A stretch of DNA of 45,802 nt, from positions 1 through 45,802 of IMG/VR virus record IMGVR_UViG_3300023270_000003; one strand, given 5' to 3'. Positions within the stretch are counted from its first letter, which is position 1, and the number at the start of each line of letters is the position of its first letter. Of the stretch, positions 10,687 to 19,508 are shown piece by piece. The notes under the pieces are model-generated. The model saw only the letters and a list, made by a program, of their open reading frames with translations. It did not search any database and had not been told where the DNA came from. Both the position numbers and the translations under genes were made by a program. The stretch comes from a virus (Duplodnaviria; Caudoviricetes).

Positions 10687-11216
10687 TGGCCTGGGGCCGA
10701 GGTAATCCGCTCCTAGGCTACTGGCTTAGGATGACGATGAACCCCACAAAGGCGGAGGCGGCTCTTGAACCTGCCATCGCTGCCCTGGAGGAGCCGTACC
10801 GATTCCAGTACCCTTTCATGGACATCAAGTACTTCGCCGACTTCGCGCTACTTGACTCCAAGATTATCGTAGAGGTGGATGGGGCCTCTCACGATAGGCC
10901 GGACCAAATGGAAAAGGACCTGCTCCATGAGATACAGGTCCTGAAAAAGGGGTGGCGTGTAACTCGCACCACCAACGAGCAGGCACTTAGAAGCCCGGAA
11001 GTCGCAGTTGCGCAGGCTCTGGCTGAGAAGCACTTGTCTCTTGATACAGAGACTCGAGTTGAGCAACTGACGGCCCTTCTGTCCCGGCTTCACTCAGATT
11101 ACCCGCATCTGCTTGTTGCTGCCGCCAAGAAAGCCAAGCACCGTGCACAGCGGGCGAAAGTCGGTGCTGATACTCGGGGCCGCGCGCGTAATCGATCAAC
11201 TTCTCCCCAGGCTTAG
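10686..11216 (+). CDS. DUF559/Vsr-like endonuclease
   Basis: FQYP..YFADF...IIVEVDG.SH...GWRV.R.TN motif. Confidence 0.8.
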   Translation: MAWGRGNPLLGYWLRMTMNPTKAEAALEPAIAALEEPYRFQYPFMDIKYFADFALLDSKIIVEVDGASHDRPDQMEKDLLHEIQVLKKGWRVTRTTNEQALRSPEVAVAQALAEKHLSLDTETRVEQLTALLSRLHSDYPHLLVAAAKKAKHRAQRAKVGADTRGRARNRSTSPQA

Positions 11217-11484
11217 TCTTGCCGGGGTTAAAGACTTGCATCGGCGTGCTGAAGTCTGCTGGCATTGGCACAGGGGCCGGAGCAACCGAGGGCATCCAAA
11301 TACTGACCGGATAGGCCCATGCCGCAACGTTGTCTAGCTTACCTAAATGCGCCACCCTCTTATCGGCCTTCTCCTTACTCCAATAAGCCTGATTCTCCAC
11401 AACTGGCATATCGTCTTCATATTCGCCGCCTAGCTTAGCCACGACCCAAATCGTTGTATTTTCACTAGAAGGATTGCTACTCAT
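10987..11484 (-). CDS. Hypothetical protein (3' end antisense to DUF559 gene)
   Basis: IWVV..GGEYED...AYWSKEKA resembles common small phage domains; AGGAG upstream of ATG 11484. Confidence 0.5.
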   Translation of the reverse strand: MSSNPSSENTTIWVVAKLGGEYEDDMPVVENQAYWSKEKADKRVAHLGKLDNVAAWAYPVSIWMPSVAPAPVPMPADFSTPMQVFNPGKTKPGEKLIDYARGPEYQHRLSPAVHGAWLSWRQQQADAGNLSEAGTEGPSVAQLESLYQETSASQPEPAQLRLPGF

Positions 11485-11686
11485 GCTGACTGATATTCTC
11501 CTGTACGTAGGTCTGGTTCTAGGCGGCGGTGTTGCTGCGCTGAAGTTTATTGCGCCCCGCACCAAGACCAAGGTTGATGACGAAGTGTTGCACTATGGCG
11601 AGGTGGCACTAGAGGTTCTCGAAGGGCTCGGGGTCAAGGTACCCGAGGGCGTCGAGATTAAGGCCGTAGCGGTGTCTGTTAAGTAG
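11483..11686 (+). CDS. Small membrane protein, holin-like
   Basis: TM helix plus IAPRTKTKVDD motif; AAGGA RBS. Confidence 0.55.
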   Translation: MLTDILLYVGLVLGGGVAALKFIAPRTKTKVDDEVLHYGEVALEVLEGLGVKVPEGVEIKAVAVSVK

Positions 11687-11861
11687 TTAGCCCAACACAC
11701 CGGTAACAATCGCAAAGAGGCGACTCCTTCACTGGGGTCGCCTTTTCTTTTGCCCAATAACTAAGCTCTCCAGTTGGGCTCATGCTCTTCAGAATCTCCT
11801 CAAGAGCAGACACCTTTTTGCTAAGATTGTACAATTGCAGTCTTACCCCAGGATCGCTCAT
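11679..11861 (-). CDS. Hypothetical protein
   Basis: Coupled ORF, C-terminal CxCxxC. Confidence 0.5.
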   Translation of the reverse strand: MSDPGVRLQLYNLSKKVSALEEILKSMSPTGELSYWAKEKATPVKESPLCDCYRCVGLTT

Positions 11862-12043
11862 TTCTGCCCCTTATAAAATGGCTTGTGGTCTGCAAATGGC
11901 ACAATCGTGAAGTAGTAAGTCTCCTGAAACGGAGTCTTGTTCACGAAGTTGTTGCCATCGTACTGAAGCTCGAAGTCAAAGCGCCCCAAAACTTCCCTCA
12001 GCGCTTCCTCAAACTCTGGCATGGTGCGGCGAGTTAATTTCAT
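11858..12043 (-). CDS. Hypothetical protein
   Basis: ATGA-coupled ORF in operon. Confidence 0.55.
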   Translation of the reverse strand: MKLTRRTMPEFEEALREVLGRFDFELQYDGNNFVNKTPFQETYYFTIVPFADHKPFYKGQK

Positions 12044-12576
12044 GCGCCCCTCACTCTAATCAACTTACTGCGGTGCTGCTCTTTTGGCCACGTTCGGTCA
12101 TGTACATCAAAGTGGCTTGCGCTGCCGATAATGATGCCTGGTTTGCGGCCATTAGGGCCTCTGCACTCGATGACCCCAAGCTCTGCCCACCTGCTGAGGT
12201 GCCAATCCCACTCGGCGGGGACTGTGTGCACCAGAACGACGTGCCCAATGAACTTCTTGCCTTGCGAGATGAAGGTAGGGTAGGTGAGAAGGTCCCCAGG
12301 CTTGGGGTGGTCCAGGACTTGTTCGAAAACTTCGCGCTTGTGCTGCGAGTCTTCGATGGCTGAATTGCAGTTGATGTCGTCCGAGACCGTGGCCCAACTA
12401 CCAACATTGAAGCCAGGGCGATGCCTCCGAAGGCCATAACATTTGCTAATAGCAAAACCAGCGCAGTCATATTGCCCGTCATCTTTCGTGTCACAGTCGC
12501 CGGTGCCGAGGACATAGATGCCCTTGCCCACTAGCGACTCCGCGATTTCAATTGCGCGCTTAGCTGAGTTTGCCAT
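12040..12576 (-). CDS. NlpC/P60-CHAP-type peptidoglycan hydrolase, probable endolysin
   Basis: Y.LG...YDCAGF, PGDLL, GHV motifs. Confidence 0.75.
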   Translation of the reverse strand: MANSAKRAIEIAESLVGKGIYVLGTGDCDTKDDGQYDCAGFAISKCYGLRRHRPGFNVGSWATVSDDINCNSAIEDSQHKREVFEQVLDHPKPGDLLTYPTFISQGKKFIGHVVLVHTVPAEWDWHLSRWAELGVIECRGPNGRKPGIIIGSASHFDVHDRTWPKEQHRSKLIRVRGA

Positions 12577-12820
12577 GAGAGGGCACTTTCTTTAGCTTGG
12601 AGTAGTCAATTTTGCCGTACGGCTCCTTCAAAATAATATTTAGCCCTAGTCCATCTGTAGGAAATCCGTAGGAAAAGACACCTTGGTACTCTCGCACCCA
12701 AACTGGCTTCTCCTTGGCTTCTGCCTTAGTCCGTTTCTCTGGCGGAAGGTCGCACTCCCTTGGGCAGTACATCCCGCTAAAGAGTGGCTTCATCTCACCC
12801 TTGCAATCAGGACACTGCAT
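12560..12820 (-). CDS. Hypothetical zinc-ribbon protein
   Basis: MQCPDC...YCPREC; RBS upstream of 12820. Confidence 0.55.
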   Translation of the reverse strand: MQCPDCKGEMKPLFSGMYCPRECDLPPEKRTKAEAKEKPVWVREYQGVFSYGFPTDGLGLNIILKEPYGKIDYSKLKKVPSHGKLS

Positions 12821-13490
12821 CTTTCTCCCCTCGCCAAGCAGCAACGATGGTTGGGTAAATCGGCTCAATTAGGCTTAGCATGGCTTTAGCGTATTGCTGA
12901 GTCTCCCACTGCGCGTGCTCCTCCAGGCGAAGCCCCAGGAAGTGCAGTGTGTTGTGCAGGTCGTTCTGCCAGTAGAACTCGGTGAAGGTGCCCAGGGGCA
13001 GCACGGTGCGAGCAATCTCGGGTGCCAGACCTTGCAGTAGCAACTTCTCGTAAGCGTCAAAAGCTTTGTTACCTGCCCTGGCGATGTAATAGGCGCAATC
13101 GGTAGTATTTTCTACAAGCTCTGCGGATGACCCCTGCTTCTTATCTTCCGAAGCTTTCTGCATGCGCTCAAGGGGAGGGACATAGAACTCGCGCGCCGCC
13201 TTTACATACCGGTAGCTAATCTTGTTAATACTCGCGGTGCGGTGCCTCAATATCTGTTCGCCCACAAACATCGGGCACTTGATGTAAAAGCGCACCTGGC
13301 AGAACTCAAGCGGCGTTGTATGTTTGTGCTTCACCAGGTAGCGGGTAAGCCGCGCATCCTGCTCCTCGGTCCGCTCCTGGCTGGCGTTGTTGAAGCTGGT
13401 TCGGGCACACTGAGCCGGGGTCCTATCGGTGCCCATGTGGTCCGTTAGAGCGACGAAGCCGGGGCCTAGGATGCCGGTAACTTGGCTCAT
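12807..13490 (-). CDS. thyX: Flavin-dependent thymidylate synthase
   Basis: H.TPLEF, QILRHRTASINKISYRY signature, PEIAR.VLP, HAQWE. Confidence 0.95.
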   Translation of the reverse strand: MSQVTGILGPGFVALTDHMGTDRTPAQCARTSFNNASQERTEEQDARLTRYLVKHKHTTPLEFCQVRFYIKCPMFVGEQILRHRTASINKISYRYVKAAREFYVPPLERMQKASEDKKQGSSAELVENTTDCAYYIARAGNKAFDAYEKLLLQGLAPEIARTVLPLGTFTEFYWQNDLHNTLHFLGLRLEEHAQWETQQYAKAMLSLIEPIYPTIVAAWRGEKDAVS

Positions 13491-13699
13491 CCGATTCCTC
13501 CTACTGTCGGCCCCACGTACTTGCCTTCAGGGGGCAGATGCCCAGGATTCGTATTGAACGGATAGGTTGTGAAAGCTAGCCGGTCGTAGTTTGAGTCCAG
13601 CAGGCACCACATGCCGTCATCCTCGTACAACTTGAGACCATGCTTAGCTAAGACTTGTTGTAGGTCCTTTTTCAGACCTGGATACCTTTCTTTGCTCAT
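13487..13699 (-). CDS. Hypothetical protein
   Basis: ATGA-coupled ORF. Confidence 0.55.
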   Translation of the reverse strand: MSKERYPGLKKDLQQVLAKHGLKLYEDDGMWCLLDSNYDRLAFTTYPFNTNPGHLPPEGKYVGPTVGGIG

Positions 13700-13851
13700 A
13701 GGCTTTTAGCGTACTCCAGGCATGCTTCATCTGCGGCTTCTTCAGTTTTATAGGGACCGTGTTGCCACGACCAAGTCTCGTCCCAAAACCACCACCTACC
13801 CTGCCCGTCTTGATGCACAGGGTCGCTGGAGTTTCTTGGGCGCTTGCTCAT
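13696..13851 (-). CDS. Hypothetical protein (51 aa, not in ORF track)
   Basis: MSKRPRNSSDPVHQDGQGRWWFWDETWSWQHGPYKTEEAA...; coupled at both ends. Confidence 0.6.
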   Translation of the reverse strand: MSKRPRNSSDPVHQDGQGRWWFWDETWSWQHGPYKTEEAADEACLEYAKSL

Positions 13852-14057
13852 TCTGGCACCTCCTCATAAATGTAAGACAGCTTACCAGGTTCTCGAAGGG
13901 AGCACGAATTTATTTTGGTCAGCTTGTAATGGCTCTTGGTGTCTCGCTCGTAGAATATGTGCCAAACGAGAGACGACTTCATTGTGGTGCCATCAAGCGG
14001 CCCACCAGAGAAGTGCATTACGTACTCCTCTTCTGGCTCACGACATCCGAACCCCAT
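13848..14057 (-). CDS. Hypothetical protein
   Basis: FSGGPLDG motif common in small phage proteins. Confidence 0.55.
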   Translation of the reverse strand: MGFGCREPEEEYVMHFSGGPLDGTTMKSSLVWHIFYERDTKSHYKLTKINSCSLREPGKLSYIYEEVPE

Positions 14058-14440
14058 TATTCCCCCACGAAGCTAAGGTCAGGCGGGCTGTAATTCGGCC
14101 CCTTCATAATCTTGCCGTCCGCCCTCTTGTGCCCCGGCTCCTTGGTCATGTTGCTGCGGTGAATCTCGGCAAACACTCGGTCAATGTCGATGCACCAGAT
14201 ATCAGCGGCGCCTAGGACCACGTACAGGATATCTCCTAAAGCATCTGCAACTGCCTGACGATTAGCCGGGCGGTCTTGGCCACCTACTGCGCCTACAAGC
14301 TCTTTGTACTCCTCCAAAATTAGCCGAAGACGCAAATCAATAGAGGCTTGGTCTTCTATCTCAAGGTCATGCTCTATGCCCATTTTGTTGTGAAATTCGC
14401 ATACCATATCAAACATGTCCGACATAGGAATATAAGTCAC
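14057..14440 (-). CDS. MazG-like NTP pyrophosphohydrolase (DR2231/dUTPase-like)
   Basis: LILEEYKEL, DALGDILYV, IHRSNMTK, DGKIMKG...PPDL. Confidence 0.88.
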   Translation of the reverse strand: MTYIPMSDMFDMVCEFHNKMGIEHDLEIEDQASIDLRLRLILEEYKELVGAVGGQDRPANRQAVADALGDILYVVLGAADIWCIDIDRVFAEIHRSNMTKEPGHKRADGKIMKGPNYSPPDLSFVGE

Positions 14441-15903
14441 TTACAAGCTTCCCAATTCTTGCCGATACCGCCGGCAGTTCTCAAATTCTTTAACGGAAAC
14501 GCAGCGCACATAATTTCGTCAGCGAGCGCAGCGACCCTCTCAGCATTACCTTCAGGACAGCGCCACCCTAGCTCATCGTGCACCTGTTTCTCAAGCACCG
14601 CGCCCAGTTTCTGCATCTCAGGAGAATTCAGTGCATCAGCCATGGCGCACCCGATTACATGAGCCCCAGTTCCTTGCATTGGCAGATTCTGTGCCCCTCG
14701 ACATGCTGAGGCGAATGCCCAGTCCGTGTCGTCTTTTCTGCCGTTGCCTCTGGCGATGAGTTGGGAGTAGTCAACGTATCTCCCGTCAAGCGCGCAAATG
14801 CCTCCGTCTCGTCGAAGAAGGCTAGCGACGAGAGACTGCCATTTAGGTACGCTTGGCACTGCTTCATAAAGTGCGCCAACAATTTCTTCTGCTCGCTGTT
14901 TTCCAACTGGTTCTCCTTGCTGGTCTCTGAGGGAGGTCGCAAAACCGTGGACAGTCCCGCCGTACTGCAACTTGTACCAGACGGCTTTGATTGCGTCTCG
15001 GTACCAGGCGAGTTCGGGGTCTGACTTAAACTCCGAAAGCTCTGACACGTCTCGTATAGGCCGACCACTAGCAGTGCGCCAATTGAGAAAAGTCCCAAAT
15101 ACACGATGAGCGTTGTAAGCATGGATATCCTGGCCTGGGGCCGTCAACTCCAGAAGTAGCGTGTCGTTAAAAAGCCACTCACACATGTTGGCCATGATTA
15201 CAACTTCTAGGGCCGTGTAATCCTTGACCACCAGCAGCATGCCGGGCGGAGCAATGAAGCCCTTGCGGATGCCGTACAGGTCTTTGCGCTTGTCACGAGG
15301 GATTTGCTGCCCCTCGGGATTTTTCATTCCAAAACGGCCAGTAATCGCCCCGACACGGTCATCCTCGTCTCCGGCTGGCCCGCAGACCGGATGCACAAAT
15401 CCATCAGGTCCGACATACTTAGGGAGTTTGGCAAGATATTTAAGCCCAGCGCTAATTCGCCGCAGCCCCATAACGCCTTCAACAATTCGTCTTTCCGGGC
15501 TGTTACTACGAGTACGGCCGAGAACCCACTCGAGGGCTGTGCGGTCGAGCTTGACTTCTCCGTCATCTATCTTAACCCTTCCCTTGAACCAGTATGGACT
15601 CTTGGGCAGGCGAAGCTGGCCGTGTAGTAACTCAGCCATCTGCTTAGGAGAGGTCCAGATGTCGTCTGGCCGTGCATTAACCACGCCCAACTCTTGCAAC
15701 GTAGCCCGCAACTCAGCAAGGCACTTGGCCTGGTCCTGTTCAGCCACACTGGCCTGCGCATTGAAATACGGTACATCAATGGCGAAACCAGCTGCTTCCA
15801 TCGCAATAGCGGCTTCTTCAATCTGTTGAATCCTCGCCGAGGCGTACAGGGCTTGCACTGGGATTTTTGTTGCTAAAATCGGCGATGACGAGTCCGGCAT
15901 CAA
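14437..15903 (-). CDS. polA: Family A DNA polymerase, polymerase domain (split gene)
   Basis: ME.AGF.ID, TGRF...NP..QQIP, motif A DYTALE, motif B R...K...Y...YG, motif C VHDEL. Confidence 0.93.
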   Translation of the reverse strand: MMPDSSSPILATKIPVQALYASARIQQIEEAAIAMEAAGFAIDVPYFNAQASVAEQDQAKCLAELRATLQELGVVNARPDDIWTSPKQMAELLHGQLRLPKSPYWFKGRVKIDDGEVKLDRTALEWVLGRTRSNSPERRIVEGVMGLRRISAGLKYLAKLPKYVGPDGFVHPVCGPAGDEDDRVGAITGRFGMKNPEGQQIPRDKRKDLYGIRKGFIAPPGMLLVVKDYTALEVVIMANMCEWLFNDTLLLELTAPGQDIHAYNAHRVFGTFLNWRTASGRPIRDVSELSEFKSDPELAWYRDAIKAVWYKLQYGGTVHGFATSLRDQQGEPVGKQRAEEIVGALYEAVPSVPKWQSLVASLLRRDGGICALDGRYVDYSQLIARGNGRKDDTDWAFASACRGAQNLPMQGTGAHVIGCAMADALNSPEMQKLGAVLEKQVHDELGWRCPEGNAERVAALADEIMCAAFPLKNLRTAGGIGKNWEACK

Positions 15904-16105
15904 ACCCCTTTTCCCAGCTCAGCTTGCTCATGGAGAGGATGCAGGCGACTACATCGAAGTTGTGGCCTAGACACCAAAAGCCAAAATCGCATTCCACAAA
16001 CCCAGAAGCAATTTCGGCCGTGTCTTGATTAAAGCTGCTAGTCAAACTTCGTTGCACTGTCAAGTGCCAGCTTAGCCACTCTAAACCTACAGTGAAATCT
16101 GCCAT
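15818..16105 (-). CDS. Hypothetical protein between the polymerase halves
   Basis: 95 aa, GGAGAGG RBS, overlaps both neighbours. Confidence 0.5.
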   Translation of the reverse strand: MADFTVGLEWLSWHLTVQRSLTSSFNQDTAEIASGFVECDFGFWCLGHNFDVVACILSMSKLSWEKGFDAGLVIADFSNKNPSASPVRLGEDSTD

Positions 16106-16866
16106 GGGTACGGCCTCTCCTGCTTCTCTCGCATCATTAACTCATAAATCCACAAGGCTAGGACCGCATCCCACGCCGCATAAGCCAAATAGCGAGCCCA
16201 CAAAGGATGGGAGGGGTTAAGGTCAGTAAGAGGAATGTGACGTCGGACACGGGCCTTCCATTCTGCCAGCACTTCCTCTGGCTCCTTAACATCGTGCGGC
16301 GGCTTCTTTTTCATACAACTTATGACACCGCAAGCACAGCGCTTTTTCCAGACTAGGTGCTCTCGGATTTCGACAGCGTCGTAACCAAGGAGTCCGTCGA
16401 AGCTTTCAGTTTTTCCAGCGCCGCAGTAATCGACGCCAAGTGAGTCAAGATCAAAGCCTTCACGTTTGGCTCGATGGGGCCACCAGAATCTGGCCATCGC
16501 CAAAGTGTTTTGCGCACCCTTGAGATGCACACCGTGGTTTCGGATAGTGTGGTGATCCACTGCCTGATTGTGGACGGCTTTTGTGAATCTTGCATCTTCT
16601 AACCAACTCTTGACACTTGGGCTCGCGAGCAGGGAACCTGCGACCACCCAAGATTGACTCTCGTGAAATCCTCTTGGTAGGAGCGGCCCGGAAGGAACGG
16701 CCACCGAAAAAACGTGACAAGTCGTGCGGCCAACCGGCGACTCCGTTCGGATATCGCAGCCGTAAAACTCTGTATCCAACCCTGCAATGCCATACTTGGT
16801 AACCTCTCTTATCATCTCCTGGGCTTCTGACTCTGTACACACATACTGTATGTGCTCAGTCATCAT
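16087..16866 (-). CDS. 3'-5' exonuclease domain of PolA (separate gene)
   Basis: ExoI LDTE, ExoII HNQAVD, ExoIII YAAWD. Confidence 0.9.
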   Translation of the reverse strand: MMTEHIQYVCTESEAQEMIREVTKYGIAGLDTEFYGCDIRTESPVGRTTCHVFSVAVPSGPLLPRGFHESQSWVVAGSLLASPSVKSWLEDARFTKAVHNQAVDHHTIRNHGVHLKGAQNTLAMARFWWPHRAKREGFDLDSLGVDYCGAGKTESFDGLLGYDAVEIREHLVWKKRCACGVISCMKKKPPHDVKEPEEVLAEWKARVRRHIPLTDLNPSHPLWARYLAYAAWDAVLALWIYELMMREKQERPYPWQISL

Positions 16867-17125
16867 ACTCTCTGTGAGGGATTTCGCCCCATCTGTAGTT
16901 GTAGGCTGAGTTGTACTGCACCTTACGACAGATTTCGCAGAACGGCATTAGCTCAGTGCGCCAACTCCCATATCCATTTGAACTGCTGTGGGTCCACTCG
17001 CTTCGATGCTCTTGAGGGTGGTCGCAATCCTTTGCCAACTTCTTTTTATAAGCTAGATAAGCGTTCTCTGCCTTGTTGGCCACATTTCTTAGCTGCTCAA
17101 GCCTGCGCAGCTTTGCCGGACTCAT
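16856..17125 (-). CDS. Hypothetical protein (CxH...CxxC)
   Basis: Operon-coupled 89 aa ORF. Confidence 0.55.
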   Translation of the reverse strand: MSPAKLRRLEQLRNVANKAENAYLAYKKKLAKDCDHPQEHRSEWTHSSSNGYGSWRTELMPFCEICRKVQYNSAYNYRWGEIPHREYDD

Positions 17126-17935
17126 TTACTTGTACACCTTTCCCCCAAAGCCAATCAAGGGCCGGTTGCGCCTATCTCGGTGAATCTCAATCAGACTGAC
17201 CGTGAATCTGGGCTTTCCATCCGCCTCCCACAAATCCACAATCGCGCCCCCTTGTTGCCAGTTCGGCATGCGCCCTGCGTAGTCTGAGTGCGCGTCCGGC
17301 AGCGATAAATGGCCGAGAGCAAAAGCAGCATGACTGCTGGGACGACCACTAGAATCGCCTGAAGTGTGGACTGCATAATCCATGTGGTGGAAGTGATTCA
17401 CTAAGGTTGTCTGAGTCGGGTAACGTCGGAGGATGCTAGCTGCAAGGTGTGTCCCTCCTGACGAGCGGCCCAAGGTGAGGTCACCGTGTTCCACCACAAG
17501 ACTTCCGATGCGGATTTGGTAGCCGTGTGGGAGTACCTGGAACTGTGGCCCGACAGGAAGGCCCAAAGCAGAAGCCACAGAAACAGTGCCCACAGTATTA
17601 CTATCAAGAGCGAGGTCATTAATCCAATCCTCATGGTTGCCCGTGCCATAAAGACAGGGGCGGGTGCGCATCCACTCAACAATCCAGCGACCTGTGGCAG
17701 CTTCCTCGGCTAGCTGTCCTGTATCTAGTATGCTCCTCTTGGCCTTGTTACCATGACGGGATACAGCAGCACAATCATGAATGTCGCCATTAGCAATAAT
17801 GCCATCAACTCCAGCCCCCTCGAAGCACTCGATGAGGCAACGCACTGCGGGAACATCATGGATGCCGATGTGAACATCACCGAACACCGCCAGTCTCTTG
17901 CTCTGCGCTAGCTTCCCCAATGTGTAGCTTGCCAT
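17126..17935 (-). CDS. Calcineurin-like metallophosphoesterase
   Basis: GDVH, NGDIHD, GNHE, HGD, HFH motifs. Confidence 0.88.
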   Translation of the reverse strand: MASYTLGKLAQSKRLAVFGDVHIGIHDVPAVRCLIECFEGAGVDGIIANGDIHDCAAVSRHGNKAKRSILDTGQLAEEAATGRWIVEWMRTRPCLYGTGNHEDWINDLALDSNTVGTVSVASALGLPVGPQFQVLPHGYQIRIGSLVVEHGDLTLGRSSGGTHLAASILRRYPTQTTLVNHFHHMDYAVHTSGDSSGRPSSHAAFALGHLSLPDAHSDYAGRMPNWQQGGAIVDLWEADGKPRFTVSLIEIHRDRRNRPLIGFGGKVYK

Positions 17936-18680
17936 CCACTAGACTCACTTTCTTGCAGAAGACTCGGGCATCGTGCGCTTGCCCAATCATTGCCCACATG
18001 TCAAGGAACTGCGGCCATTTGTCAGGCTTCGAAAACGCGTTAAGTGACACAGCGACTGGTTCAGCAGGAATCCAGTCAGTTACTAGCGCGGCAGGAATCC
18101 GGTCAGATGCCTCATCAAACCAGATTGGGGTCTGTAACTGCTGTAACTGAGCATTCGCCCACGACCTAACCCGCGCCTCAAAAACGTCATTGTCAGAGAA
18201 GTAAGGCCAGACAGTTGGTCCGGCTGTCCTTTGCATTTGCCTTAGTGAAGGTATGTTCCAGTTTCTGTTCCAGTCTGCTGCCTGTCGCGGCACAAACGCA
18301 TCAGGGTCAGTGCGGGTGGCTGGTACAGGCTCAACTCCTGACCAGTTCCACCTAAGCCGCTCTAATCCTTCGGTGTCAATGTAAGGCTCGGGGCTTCGCC
18401 AAGGAGGACAATCATTAGCACTTGCACGCATCGTAATCGTGCCAGTCGGGGCGTTTATGCCGCGAAATCCTTCTGCATTCTCAGGAAACCTGTCCTGTGC
18501 GCGCAAGTACATGGCGCCGGTCGGGGTGTTTATCTCGGCGACTTCTGCTGTGTCAGGCGTGTCAGAAGTAGCCGCACAAACCGTGCACCCGGGCGCGCAG
18601 GGATTTGAGCGAGTCCATGGCACACCACCTGGAGTGAATCTACGCACTTGCGAGCCAACTGGGCTTTCCTCGGATGGCAT
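17877..18680 (-). CDS. Hypothetical protein
   Basis: Likely start ATG 18680 with AAGGGAG RBS; Pro/Trp-rich; short internal repeat INxPTG. Confidence 0.5.
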   Translation of the reverse strand: MPSEESPVGSQVRRFTPGGVPWTRSNPCAPGCTVCAATSDTPDTAEVAEINTPTGAMYLRAQDRFPENAEGFRGINAPTGTITMRASANDCPPWRSPEPYIDTEGLERLRWNWSGVEPVPATRTDPDAFVPRQAADWNRNWNIPSLRQMQRTAGPTVWPYFSDNDVFEARVRSWANAQLQQLQTPIWFDEASDRIPAALVTDWIPAEPVAVSLNAFSKPDKWPQFLDMWAMIGQAHDARVFCKKVSLVDGKLHIGEASAEQETGGVR

Positions 18681-19119
18681 TAATCTCCCTTGTGAGGTAG
18701 TTGCGGGCTTTGATAAGGTCGTCCAAAGAGTCAGTACCTGGTTTGCGGCCGTGTCGAGCGACGTACTTAACCACATTGGCGAGCCTGAAGTTGAGGCCCC
18801 AGGCTTCGATGACATCAATTGGCTCCGGGGATAAGGCAGTGTAGTGCGCACTATCCGTCAGTGCTGGCTTAGGGGAGGCGGTGAGGTCGAGGTCTTCCTG
18901 GGGCTTATCTGTGAGCTGGTAAAATTCTTTAGATGGGACAGGACTAGGCTCAATCAACACTACCTCCTCTTCTTGATTCAAGAAAGAGGATTCTGGGCTA
19001 GAACTGCCAAACCCGAGGTCTGCTGGGCAATTTGGCCTAACTACTTGGAATTTCGTGTCTTTGAGGTGATTTGTGACGTACCTAAACTTGTCGCCAACCT
19101 TCAAATCCTTACGCCTCAT
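18640..19119 (-). CDS. DUF3310 domain protein (T7 gp1.7-like)
   Basis: HY...EPIDVIE....F.LANVVKYV.R.G.K....DL.KA..YL.REI. Confidence 0.85.
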   Translation of the reverse strand: MRRKDLKVGDKFRYVTNHLKDTKFQVVRPNCPADLGFGSSSPESSFLNQEEEVVLIEPSPVPSKEFYQLTDKPQEDLDLTASPKPALTDSAHYTALSPEPIDVIEAWGLNFRLANVVKYVARHGRKPGTDSLDDLIKARNYLTREINAIRGKPSWLASA

Positions 19120-19508
19120 GCCTGCTCCTTTAAATTCTTGATGATGAGGCTCCACCGCCCCTTGGTCCTACGCGGTGGCTTCACCACTCTATCTGCGCCG
19201 TACTTCTGGCTGTAGTGCTCGATGGCCTTGTAGATGCTCTGGAAATAGCGTCCAGGCCCCCACCCACCTACAATCGGCCCTGACAGCATGGCGTCCCTTG
19301 GCCCCCGCAGCGCCTCCGTATAAAACACATCCCCATCCCTAAACGCCTCGTCGGGGGTGTCGATAGTTGGCCGCACCTCTGGCTTGCTGATTTCAGGGCT
19401 TCTCTCGCCCCCCAGCATGTCATCAAAGTGAGGTAGGGACTCTAGCAACTCGGCCGCAGTTAAGTTAGCTTCGATAAACTCCGCGGCAACTACATCCTTC
19501 TCATTCAT
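19116..19508 (-). CDS. Hypothetical protein
   Basis: Coupled to helicase stop. Confidence 0.55.
   Translation of the reverse strand: MNEKDVVAAEFIEANLTAAELLESLPHFDDMLGGERSPEISKPEVRPTIDTPDEAFRDGDVFYTEALRGPRDAMLSGPIVGGWGPGRYFQSIYKAIEHYSQKYGADRVVKPPRRTKGRWSLIIKNLKEQA

Noticed and set aside
15904-16086. Intron, intein or stop-codon recoding joining the PolA halves
   Set aside because: No group I/II hallmarks; further in-frame TAG and TAA follow; other genes fit the standard code
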